The notes under the pieces were generated by a model. It searched no databases. It was not told the origin of the DNA and saw only the letters and a program-made list of their open reading frames with translations. A stretch of 64,000 bases of DNA, from IMG/VR virus record IMGVR_UViG_3300037294_000266, positions 1-64,000 of that record; one strand, given 5' to 3'. A program made the position numbers and the translations under genes. Position 1 is the first letter of the stretch, and each line of letters starts with the position of its first letter. Of this stretch, positions 55,519-64,000 are shown piece after piece.

Positions 55519-57534
55519 ATGAGACAGTTAATGATGGCTGCAGCCGTCCAGTATGCAAACCGGTTTCTTCTTGGGACTGTGTCAGATTCCATTTGGGACA
55601 AGACAGTCGCCCGCGTCATTCAGGAAAATGATGTCACCTTCGACATTAAAGCCGATCGAGAAAGCGTCAATAACGTGGACATCGGTGCAGGACGATTCGG
55701 TACTCAATGTCCTCGTTTCAGCACGTCTGCCAAACGCCTTACGGTTACGGGCAGTCCGTTCGCTCTTTATTCAGACTTCACTATAGAAGGTCATTTCTAT
55801 TTTGAAGATATCGAGGCAAGTACTAACCAGTACATGATGGACTACGGTACTAACGGATTTATTCTCCGTTATTATGGTGGCGGGATCGCAGTGTACAACG
55901 GTGGTGGTGTCATTATTCAGAGCGGCATAAAGCCTCAGAATAATCGCTGGTATCATGTTGCGGTGGTTCGTTATAACCAAACCCTGACCCTTTACATCGA
56001 TGGGGTATCTGTCGGGTCGGCGGTCTTTACCACTGGACTTGCGTACACTTCATACACCCTCGGTAATTATGGTGGTGGTGGGTATGCAGTACGTGCACGC
56101 ATTGACCAATTCCGTGTGGTTCAGGAAGCACTATATACCGGGACGTTTACCGTGCCGGCGGCACCTTTTACAGTCGGCGGTCAAGAAGCAACGTACGATC
56201 CATATTGGAGTAATACAGTCGCCTTACTCGACAGTGCTAATGGCAGCACTCTACTTGACAGTACTGGTAAGTACACCGTTGAGAACGTAGGCGGGGCTTC
56301 AATCATTTCTTCGGGTGTTAAGATTGGGGCAGCTGCGGTTCAGTTTACAGCAGCTGATCAATATCTACGTATCCAAGACTCACTGAACGAATTCGATTTC
56401 GGGACTGTGAACTGGACTGTTGAGGCATGGGTAAAGCCAAGTGCCAAGCCAACAGGTGTGTTGTATCTAATTGGTCGTGGTACTGCGGCTGCAATGGGCG
56501 GTTGGTCACTGGTCCTGAACAACATGCGTCCTCAGTTACGTTGGTCCACGACAGGGACCAGTTGGAACAAGGTCACGCCACTTGATAACGATACGGCACT
56601 TGAGACAGGTCGCTGGTATCACATCGCCATTGCTCGTCTTGTCGATACGTTCCAATTGTTCATCAACGGAAGACTGCATTACAGTGTTGCTGCTGCCGAT
56701 ACGTTGGCGGCATCTACACTTCCCGTCACCATTGGTAATGGTGAAGGCGGTACAGCACAGTTCTTGGGTGTGATGGACAGTATCCGCATCACGCGTGGCA
56801 TCTCGCGATACCATAGTGAGTTCACTCCTAAACTGAAGACCCGTTATGCATCGAACGGCAATGTGATACCGTCCTCTAACGATCCATATTGGCCGCGCGT
56901 AGTCGGATTGCTTGAATATATAAGTGACATTGGCGCTGGACCCGACCAGTTCTCAGTCGTACTCAAACGAACTGGAGCTGTAATTGATCCAGCGACTCCA
57001 TTGTTTGGCAAGCCGAGCATGCGGGTGACGTCTGGTTCGGGAGGCGGTCTTAATTATTCAAATGGGTCTAAAACTACACTAGGTAGTCTTGACAACACCG
57101 TCGAAGGATGGGTCAATACTGACTACACAGGCGGTACAGTTGCGTTACCGATCATTGGACAGTACCACGCCACGATAACAGGAGCTTGGGTATTGGGTGT
57201 TTACGCAGGCAAAGCCCTGTTCTTTATTCGTGGTGGCAATACGTTACAAGGTACGAAAAACATCAATGATGGACAGTGGCACCATGTCGCCGTATCCATT
57301 CGATCAGGTGTCATGTACCTGTATGTTGATGGCGTGCTTGAAGCTCAAACTTCCTGGGGTGTGGCACCTACCTATAATGGAAACATTCAGGTAGGTTACA
57401 ACATCAGCGTCGAAACTCCGGCTGGATTTCGAATAAATGTCGGGCGTGTAAGAATCACTAAAGGACGAGGACGGTACACTAGCAACTTCGTAGTTGATGA
57501 AGACACAGTACAGCTGTCGAGTCTGGCAGCATAA
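55519..57534 (+). CDS. triple LamG/concanavalin-A-like lectin adhesin
   Basis: Three repeats of T(I/V)E...W(Y/H)H(V/I)A...L(Y/F)(I/V)(D/N)G...R(V/I); DPYW linkers; N-terminus MRQLMMAAAV. Confidence 0.85.
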   Translation: MRQLMMAAAVQYANRFLLGTVSDSIWDKTVARVIQENDVTFDIKADRESVNNVDIGAGRFGTQCPRFSTSAKRLTVTGSPFALYSDFTIEGHFYFEDIEASTNQYMMDYGTNGFILRYYGGGIAVYNGGGVIIQSGIKPQNNRWYHVAVVRYNQTLTLYIDGVSVGSAVFTTGLAYTSYTLGNYGGGGYAVRARIDQFRVVQEALYTGTFTVPAAPFTVGGQEATYDPYWSNTVALLDSANGSTLLDSTGKYTVENVGGASIISSGVKIGAAAVQFTAADQYLRIQDSLNEFDFGTVNWTVEAWVKPSAKPTGVLYLIGRGTAAAMGGWSLVLNNMRPQLRWSTTGTSWNKVTPLDNDTALETGRWYHIAIARLVDTFQLFINGRLHYSVAAADTLAASTLPVTIGNGEGGTAQFLGVMDSIRITRGISRYHSEFTPKLKTRYASNGNVIPSSNDPYWPRVVGLLEYISDIGAGPDQFSVVLKRTGAVIDPATPLFGKPSMRVTSGSGGGLNYSNGSKTTLGSLDNTVEGWVNTDYTGGTVALPIIGQYHATITGAWVLGVYAGKALFFIRGGNTLQGTKNINDGQWHHVAVSIRSGVMYLYVDGVLEAQTSWGVAPTYNGNIQVGYNISVETPAGFRINVGRVRITKGRGRYTSNFVVDEDTVQLSSLAA

Positions 57535-57535
57535 A

Positions 57536-57572
57536 GACATAGGGAGGAGGCTTGCGCCTCCTCCCTATGTCG
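57536..57572. terminator. bidirectional terminator
   Basis: GACATAGGGAGGAGGC/GCCTCCTCCCTATGTC 16-bp stem. Confidence 0.85.
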
Positions 57573-57576
57573 TCAG

Positions 57577-57984
57577 TCAGTTATTCAACGGAAGATAGTA
57601 CTTAGAACCAAACAACCGAACCCCAATGAAAAACACCGATGCCCTCCACCGAGCTACACCTTCAGCACGTAACGCCCTGTATAGAACTCTGTCTGCTTCA
57701 ATGCGTGACACTTTAACGAAGACCCCATTAAGATTAATGAAGCCTCCTCGATTGTAAAGAAAGTCATGTACAGTAGCAGACTTGTCTCCATAACCTGCTA
57801 GTAGTGCGTACACTGGAAACAGTACGATGTTCTTCAGGCCATCTATTGAAGCGTAATTGGTAACAAACCCTTTTACCGCAGTTATCGGCCCTAGTACATC
57901 ATCGTAGAAAACAAGGTCGTCCAACAATTGATAGAGTCGTTTACCAATCTCACGGGTATCGAAATTACTATAGCGAGCTGTCAT
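57577..57984 (-). CDS. DUF1353 family protein
   Basis: GFVTNYASI, VHDFLY, RIEAD, VRLFG. Confidence 0.75.
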   Translation of the reverse strand: MTARYSNFDTREIGKRLYQLLDDLVFYDDVLGPITAVKGFVTNYASIDGLKNIVLFPVYALLAGYGDKSATVHDFLYNRGGFINLNGVFVKVSRIEADRVLYRALRAEGVARWRASVFFIGVRLFGSKYYLPLNN

Positions 57985-58095
57985 GATCCCGTTCCATACG
58001 CTTCTTATTCATTACCGTTAACCTCACAGTTGACATGTATTTCTACACCACATAGGATTCGGCATAGATGGCGGCTACGGCCGCCATCTACATTG

Positions 58096-58869
58096 TCAGT
58101 CTGGCGTGCTAGCGAACTGGACTCGAGCAGTGAATGCTTTATCAAGATCGTCAGCGTCCTGGACTTCAGTTGCATGACTAGGTTTTATCTTAAAACCAAA
58201 CACTGCGTTATACACAGTGCCGTCAAGGGTACGAGGTGACTTACCAAAGAACTTACCAATGAAGTTCCCAACACCGATCAGCGTCTTGACAATGGCTAGG
58301 CGGACGCCTTCATTACGTTCATTGGCCACTACGTAACGATAACCGTAATAGACACGGCCGGTGGTTTTATCAACCGAACGGATGAAATACCAACCGTCTT
58401 TGATAGGGGCTTTGTCAGAGACATCGCCAGTACCCCACGATTCGATAATACAATCATTTACGAAGCATGCAAAGAACCGACTGGTACGTTTGCCTTGATT
58501 ATAGGCATTTCGACAAAGCCACATGTACTGGTTCCAGAACGTATGTTCCATCCCGCCACATGAAGCACTGTGTTTACCAGAAGGCTCACCACGCAAGCCA
58601 TCTTCATAGTTATTCCACCGACTGATGAACCGCCAGGCAGAAGCCCAGAATTGCCAATGCCCAGAGGAACCTTCGTCGATGTATTTCTGTTTGTGCGTAG
58701 CCTCAGACTCACCCATGTGATTCTTCGTGTGCTTCGCAGTAAGAATGACCAAGAACCCCATCGGGAAATAGGTCAGTAACACGGTGATGCCCAGGATGAA
58801 GCCTACGCCCATCCATTGGATAACTGCTGCCAGTACGTATTTAAACGGTGGCATTTTAGGACTTTCCAT
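58096..58869 (-). CDS. membrane protein
   Basis: N-terminal TM; WNNYEDG, WLCRN. Confidence 0.65.
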   Translation of the reverse strand: MESPKMPPFKYVLAAVIQWMGVGFILGITVLLTYFPMGFLVILTAKHTKNHMGESEATHKQKYIDEGSSGHWQFWASAWRFISRWNNYEDGLRGEPSGKHSASCGGMEHTFWNQYMWLCRNAYNQGKRTSRFFACFVNDCIIESWGTGDVSDKAPIKDGWYFIRSVDKTTGRVYYGYRYVVANERNEGVRLAIVKTLIGVGNFIGKFFGKSPRTLDGTVYNAVFGFKIKPSHATEVQDADDLDKAFTARVQFASTPD

Positions 58870-58880
58870 AATCTAACTCC

Positions 58881-60947
58881 TTAAGTGGAAGTAGCGCCTG
58901 TGTTCATAAAGTGATCTTTGATCAACTTCAGGTTCTTTGGCTGTTCAACACTGTACTGTATCCCAAGACCAGGATAGACATTAGAAATGTCACTGATCAT
59001 CTTAGAGACACGCTCAATTGGTGTAAGTGAAGGTTTCCAGGATTTCAACGTATTGTTGATCTCTGGAAGATTACCACCTAGTTGGAACGTGGGTTGAAAG
59101 CGCTTGACAGTGACTGCAATGGTCATCGGAACCGGACTGGTCAGTACCAGCCTAAGTTCGTCGTTGTTATTGAATTTCACTATGTCAATGTCGTTGGGGA
59201 ATGTCAGGTAATACCTACCCAGTGCCATGTCGAATCGAGCTGTGGCCAGAGACACGGTTCCACGATACAGCGTTCCCACCGATGCTTCGGTTAACGTCCC
59301 AATCAATCCAACTGCCACAGGGACTTTATTCTTCACCCCTATGTCAGTAGAGTGTCCATTATCTTTCGCAATTCCATCAATGATCAATTTAACTGCGAAA
59401 TCAACCACGTAATAAATCACGCGACTGGTGACAATCTGTCCTCCTGTCAATACTGCTGCCACCTGGATTGTTGTCCGCCCTGCGCCGATAGCGAATGGAC
59501 CTACAGCACTTGGAGCAACCGATGCGAATATTGCCACACTAACCCGACTTTCAGACCCACCTGCGTTGATAGACTCGCTGTCGCTCATCGATTCATAAAG
59601 CGGATGGTCGCCGTACGTAGATCTTAAAAACCCTACGTTAATGGGTGTTCGATTGTAGTCGCCAGAGAACCATGCTCCGAATCCAGTTATAATTGCGTTA
59701 GCCGTGGCGAAGAACCCTCCTTTATTGGAAGACGTCGCTTCGGCGATCGTGTTTATAACAGGACCGTGGTCGGTTATCAGATAGATGCCATTACCGTTTT
59801 CACGGTAGGTCATCATAGCGTCACGGCAATTCTGAGTTATCAGGTAAGCGTCGTTGGCATTCTGATACGCTGTAGAAAATACAATCACTGCGCAGTACTG
59901 TTCAAGTTCACTCAACGGAGCATCAATAAGGCCACCGGCCCATTCGTTACGATACTTGTAAGTAAACTGGTACCCGCACAACAACCCAAGTCGGGCGAGG
60001 GTTGTGCCGAACCCACCTCCTGCAACAGTATCTTTAATGAGATAGCTGCCGCCGGGTATCGCATCACCGATTATCAAGACCTTTTTATTACCGGCTGCTA
60101 CTTTGGTCTGATTGGCAATGAACTTCAACGCGTTGTAGAAGTATTTGTAACTCGCTGCCAAATGCGCCCTGACATCAACAACTGTTTTACTGATAGCAGA
60201 ATACTGATTAGCGCCGGTCGTGCTATTGACCAGTCCTGGGATGTCAAGTGTCTTCTCAAACAACGTTTCCTTAATCGTACCTGAACTATTAAGAATGTAG
60301 ATGTCTTTAAAGAACACCGTATATGTCCCGGCAGTATCGTTCTCAAAAGCAATTGTCCATTCATTAATAGTCCTGCCAGCTTGCGAAGACAGGTCTATGG
60401 TGCGTTTGTACCATTTGCCGTTGGCATGAGCTGAGAGATCGGAGGTCGGATGACACGACACTCCGTTCTGATCTACGATAGACGTCCCACGTAACCACTG
60501 AGGACTACCACTTGAAAACGTACCATCGACCCCTGCCTTTATTTGGGCATCGTTGGAGAAGATGTGATACACCAACTTATCGCCAGCAGCAATGGTCACT
60601 TGTCGGGAGGACAGCATCTGATAGTGATACGCATTGACGCCACCGGCACAGGTGCCAATCAGTCGCACAGCTGCATCAAACGGCTCTAGCGTAGCAGACG
60701 GCGCATATGTGTTATAAAACTTAGGAAACCCTCCGTCGTATACCACATTGCCACGACCGTCTTGGGTCACCGCAATGAATGGCACCGGTGGTACGCTCTG
60801 GTCATATGCCACATACTTAGATATCGAAGGAGCCCCGCCATTAACACTAAATTGGAGACTCTGGACATCTGAAGATAAGATCATGTTTACAGTGAATGGA
60901 TTTAGGTAGTAGCCTGGATCCACATCGTACGTGATTTCATTAGCCAT
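58881..60947 (-). CDS. virion structural/tail protein
   Basis: VVYDGGFPKFYN, LITDHG, YGDHPLY, AGGSES; downstream of fibre gene in a late operon. Confidence 0.65.
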   Translation of the reverse strand: MANEITYDVDPGYYLNPFTVNMILSSDVQSLQFSVNGGAPSISKYVAYDQSVPPVPFIAVTQDGRGNVVYDGGFPKFYNTYAPSATLEPFDAAVRLIGTCAGGVNAYHYQMLSSRQVTIAAGDKLVYHIFSNDAQIKAGVDGTFSSGSPQWLRGTSIVDQNGVSCHPTSDLSAHANGKWYKRTIDLSSQAGRTINEWTIAFENDTAGTYTVFFKDIYILNSSGTIKETLFEKTLDIPGLVNSTTGANQYSAISKTVVDVRAHLAASYKYFYNALKFIANQTKVAAGNKKVLIIGDAIPGGSYLIKDTVAGGGFGTTLARLGLLCGYQFTYKYRNEWAGGLIDAPLSELEQYCAVIVFSTAYQNANDAYLITQNCRDAMMTYRENGNGIYLITDHGPVINTIAEATSSNKGGFFATANAIITGFGAWFSGDYNRTPINVGFLRSTYGDHPLYESMSDSESINAGGSESRVSVAIFASVAPSAVGPFAIGAGRTTIQVAAVLTGGQIVTSRVIYYVVDFAVKLIIDGIAKDNGHSTDIGVKNKVPVAVGLIGTLTEASVGTLYRGTVSLATARFDMALGRYYLTFPNDIDIVKFNNNDELRLVLTSPVPMTIAVTVKRFQPTFQLGGNLPEINNTLKSWKPSLTPIERVSKMISDISNVYPGLGIQYSVEQPKNLKLIKDHFMNTGATST

Positions 60948-60957
60948 GACGCCATCC

Positions 60958-61866
60958 TTACGGCACTGCTGGATAGACCAGTACTTTTACATAGAGGCTG
61001 ATAGCCAAGCCGGACTGGTTATCAATGAGAAGACGCTCTTCATCTTTAATCCCATATACGACAACACTTTCTGCGTTCAGGTACGCTCCTTCAGTTGGAG
61101 AGCCGATAGTGCTATTGAGAACACGAATCGTGATGTCTGCAGACTTGATGTCAAATGCAGCCGCATTGACTCCCAGCAAAGTAGTAATGTTGTATTCTTT
61201 CAGTTCATCTACAGTCAGTGAAACGTATTCGTTCACGACCATAGCTGTACTGGCAGGAATGTCAACTGCAATCTCTTCTACTGAAGTGACACGGCCTTTA
61301 GCATCCACCGTGATCTTCGGTATACTACCTGCACTACCGTAGACGCCCGCTGAAACAGCGGTGTTTGAAAGCGTCATTACGGATGAGACCGCTAACGCAC
61401 CGTCAAAGGTGACTTCCCATTCGCCGTCTCCAGTCATGGAGATCTTCCGACCGGTAGCCAGCTTAGTGGCAGTGGCTGCATTGCCTGTAGTGTTTTGATT
61501 CAGCGTTGGAATCCGCGCCGCAGCAAACACACCGGCTGTTGTCTTACCAGCGTCCAACGAAGGAATGTCAGCAGCCAACAGAAGTTGACCACCTGTGACA
61601 CGGCCTTTAGCATCCACTGTGACTTTAGGGTACGTCCCAGCCGCGACACCCGTCGTGTTGAGAGCAATGCTCCACGTAACGTCAGCATCGCCTTGGATGT
61701 TAACGTTACCAAGCAAGTCACCGCCCGCTGTGAGTGTGAACGGAGCTGTCAGTTTATCTGCACTGACGGCAGCCGCAGTACCATCTAGTTTACTGTCAAT
61801 GGACTCGCTGATTGCAGCCAGCATTGCGGCAAACTTAATCTTAAGGATATTGATTTTTGGTGACAT
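60958..61866 (-). CDS. tail fibre protein
   Basis: AGTYPKVTVDAKGRVTGG and PTLNQNTTGNAATATKLAT nearly identical to 54099..54791. Confidence 0.8.
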   Translation of the reverse strand: MSPKINILKIKFAAMLAAISESIDSKLDGTAAAVSADKLTAPFTLTAGGDLLGNVNIQGDADVTWSIALNTTGVAAGTYPKVTVDAKGRVTGGQLLLAADIPSLDAGKTTAGVFAAARIPTLNQNTTGNAATATKLATGRKISMTGDGEWEVTFDGALAVSSVMTLSNTAVSAGVYGSAGSIPKITVDAKGRVTSVEEIAVDIPASTAMVVNEYVSLTVDELKEYNITTLLGVNAAAFDIKSADITIRVLNSTIGSPTEGAYLNAESVVVYGIKDEERLLIDNQSGLAISLYVKVLVYPAVP

Positions 61867-61979
61867 GAGTACTTACCTTACTGGCTAATCCCACTTGTTA
61901 TAAAGGGGTTACGATACATAGGAATAGTCGTTTAACATGGCAAACAAAAAAAGAAAGAGCGGGGATATCCCCGCTCTCT

Positions 61980-62777
61980 TTACCGTTTACTCGCAGCCCA
62001 GACCGACAGTGTAGATTTCTTCCAGAAAGGAGAACGCCCGTGGTATTTGTCAGGCTGAGGGAATGGAGCATAACCAGCTGGTATTTCCCCGGTACGATAA
62101 CGGCCAAGTGATGTCTTTGAAACTTTAAGATAATCGGCTGCGGCTGCCGCTGTTAGCAGATCATCGTAGTCTGTTGCACCCCTAGTGAAATGAGTACTAC
62201 ATAAAGAGACATCTTCGCGAATTGCTTCTTGCCATTGACGCATGACCGCTGCTCTTACTTTGTCTGATAGCAATGCAGTGGCGCGTCCAACGCGTTGATA
62301 GAGATGCTCCATCAAACGTTCATAAGTGACAATAGTTCCTTCGTCGATAATGCTGCCATTGATTAACACTCCTGCCTGTGGCTTTCCAAGGGCACGGAGC
62401 ATTGTTACGCTGTCTATCTTCATGGCAAGTTGGACGGATGTCTTAAACTCCATGATAAGCGTTTGATGTCCAGGAGGTCCAAAGACCTCGTGGTTGTCGC
62501 CGTGAACACGCATGACCCCAGTGATTGCTTTGACCACCTTCAAATCGTGTTCCAGTGAACTAAGAATGCGTGACTGATCTTTCAAATCCACCAATCCTTC
62601 AGGTGGGTGCTTAAGATCAAAGATAACTATCGTGGATGATGCATTAGTCAGGTAGTCGGAGCGGCTAAACGCGACGCGGTCGCCCAGTGATGATGGCTTG
62701 TAGATGCACTCGACTATATCTTTTTCGTTATTGTAATAGTAACCATAGGGACGAGATATTTCTTCATTGATACACAT
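61980..62777 (-). CDS. protein with C-terminal AlpA/excisionase-like HTH
   Basis: LLTAAAAADYLKVSKTSLGRY...FPQP...GRSPFWKKSTLSVW. Confidence 0.7.
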   Translation of the reverse strand: MCINEEISRPYGYYYNNEKDIVECIYKPSSLGDRVAFSRSDYLTNASSTIVIFDLKHPPEGLVDLKDQSRILSSLEHDLKVVKAITGVMRVHGDNHEVFGPPGHQTLIMEFKTSVQLAMKIDSVTMLRALGKPQAGVLINGSIIDEGTIVTYERLMEHLYQRVGRATALLSDKVRAAVMRQWQEAIREDVSLCSTHFTRGATDYDDLLTAAAAADYLKVSKTSLGRYRTGEIPAGYAPFPQPDKYHGRSPFWKKSTLSVWAASKR

Positions 62778-62807
62778 GGGTTAATCTCTGATGGTAATAG
62801 CACATGA

Positions 62808-63056
62808 CTATTGCGGGAACAATTCCACCATATCGCCAGCAAATGTTCGACACATCACGGACGTCACCGTGGTTGGATCGAGACCGTAGTCTTTCATGGC
62901 AGCTGCAATAACAGTGCCACATGACCAGTCTGGGAATGCGGATACCTTAAATCGAAACCAGTAGTCTGTTTTATAGTGGTAGACGAAGTCTTCACCTCGC
63001 ACCACTATATCAAAACTAGCAGACGCTACCGGCACTACCGGTATCAGTTCTATCAT
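62808..63056 (-). CDS. hypothetical protein
   Basis: 82 aa, GGAG RBS. Confidence 0.55.
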   Translation of the reverse strand: MIELIPVVPVASASFDIVVRGEDFVYHYKTDYWFRFKVSAFPDWSCGTVIAAAMKDYGLDPTTVTSVMCRTFAGDMVELFPQ

Positions 63057-63438
63057 ACTTACTCCACCAAAGGTCAGGATCTTTAGTCATCAATAACCCC
63101 ACCTTCTTCATCCCGAACAGGTCGACTATTCTAACGAATGTACGATAAGTAATCAACGCGTCCAAGAGCAGAGTTTGCGGGATATCTCCCTTTGAGACTA
63201 TGTATTGTAAGTACATCCATACACGGTCTCGTTTGACATGACGACTCGAGTAAACGGCCTTGAAAGCAGCTTCTTCTACCGACATCGAACCTGCATGTTT
63301 GTACATACCATGAAGTGCTTTCCATGTCTCTGTCGTTTGTATATCGACTTCAAAAGCTTCGAATATGGCGTAGAGATCATGTTTAGCTCGATGGAAGAAC
63401 CAGATGTCTTTAAGATATTCACGGATACTTGAAAGCAT
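63016..63438 (-). CDS. hypothetical protein
   Basis: 140 aa, AGGAG RBS. Confidence 0.6.
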   Translation of the reverse strand: MLSSIREYLKDIWFFHRAKHDLYAIFEAFEVDIQTTETWKALHGMYKHAGSMSVEEAAFKAVYSSRHVKRDRVWMYLQYIVSKGDIPQTLLLDALITYRTFVRIVDLFGMKKVGLLMTKDPDLWWSKYDRTDTGSAGSVC

Positions 63439-63447
63439 AAGTTTCTC

Positions 63448-63768
63448 CTAGAAGTAACATTCCTTACCTAGGTTGGAAAGGTCAGTGGTGTAAGGTTGGA
63501 ACTGGGAACTGCCAGGTCCTTCTGAACGCGGGGTGACACTGGCCAGGAAACCCATTGCCATCGGGAGCGCTGATTGAGGATTGAGGACAATTGCGTTAAT
63601 CAGCATTGCCTGGTCATCATACCCGTTGAGGTAGTATGCCTTGCCGATTTTGAATTTACTGATGTCAAGTTCAGTCAGTGCCTTGGCCTTCTTCAACTGG
63701 GCCTTTAACTGAGAGGTGATGGAGAACATACCACGGACATCAAGTACTTCTTCGTTGTCATCACTCAT
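63448..63768 (-). CDS. hypothetical protein
   Basis: 106 aa. Confidence 0.6.
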   Translation of the reverse strand: MSDDNEEVLDVRGMFSITSQLKAQLKKAKALTELDISKFKIGKAYYLNGYDDQAMLINAIVLNPQSALPMAMGFLASVTPRSEGPGSSQFQPYTTDLSNLGKECYF

Positions 63769-63956
63769 TTCTTTCTTCCTATTGGGAATTGACGTTTATC
63801 ACCGCGAACACGATGAGGGATTCGCTCACGCCGAGGTATCTTGACATTGGCGTCAAGGCCGAACACTTGATGAGTGAGTTCGTTATACATGTCGCCGTGC
63901 ATTCTTAGCAATTCGTCCAGATTATTCTTAGGGGGCTCATATGAATTGACGAGCAC
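63765..63956 (-). CDS. hypothetical protein
   Basis: 63 aa, ATGA overlap with next gene. Confidence 0.5.
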   Translation of the reverse strand: MLVNSYEPPKNNLDELLRMHGDMYNELTHQVFGLDANVKIPRRERIPHRVRGDKRQFPIGRKK

Positions 63957-64000
63957 GATGTCCGGCAGTCCTTTGAGTAGTTCTATTAACCGCTGATGCA

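Noticed and set aside
1-64000. CRISPR arrays, IS elements, stop-codon reassignment
   Set aside because: No spaced direct repeats or transposases seen; genes are full length in the standard code and use all three stops.

Overview
A 64-kb segment of a phiKZ-like jumbo phage genome (Chimalliviridae-type; a gammaproteobacterial host is inferred from the SspB-like gene). All family assignments come from motif recognition by eye, not database searches. Core genes: major capsid protein with S-x-E maturation sites, DnaB helicase, class Ia ribonucleotide reductase (nrdA/nrdB), dCTP deaminase, DHFR, NAD-dependent DNA ligase, SF2 helicase, two Nudix proteins, a DHH phosphoesterase and an Rz/Rz1 spanin pair. 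There is a large, dispersed set of tail fibre, adhesin and chaperone genes, plus many small hypothetical genes. Regulatory features seen directly: a fixed-spacing putative early promoter (YTCNAR-N13-TACAT), TATG late-promoter cores, and hairpin terminators often ending in TATG(C/T)(C/T)G instead of a U-tract. Best candidates for undescribed biology: (1) three ORF-poor, densely base-paired intergenic regions (~800, ~455 and ~150 nt), each between a TATG core and a terminator, i.e. candidate phage ncRNAs; (2) a possible plug-and-socket receptor-binding system in which five scattered genes with different C-terminal domains share an N-terminal MRxLxxAAA-like peptide; (3) possible phage proteolysis functions (tandem HslV/proteasome-like Ntn paralogs directly upstream of the 800-nt RNA, an SspB-like ClpXP adaptor, a degenerate prohead protease). 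No tRNA, rRNA, CRISPR array, reverse transcriptase or transposase was recognised.
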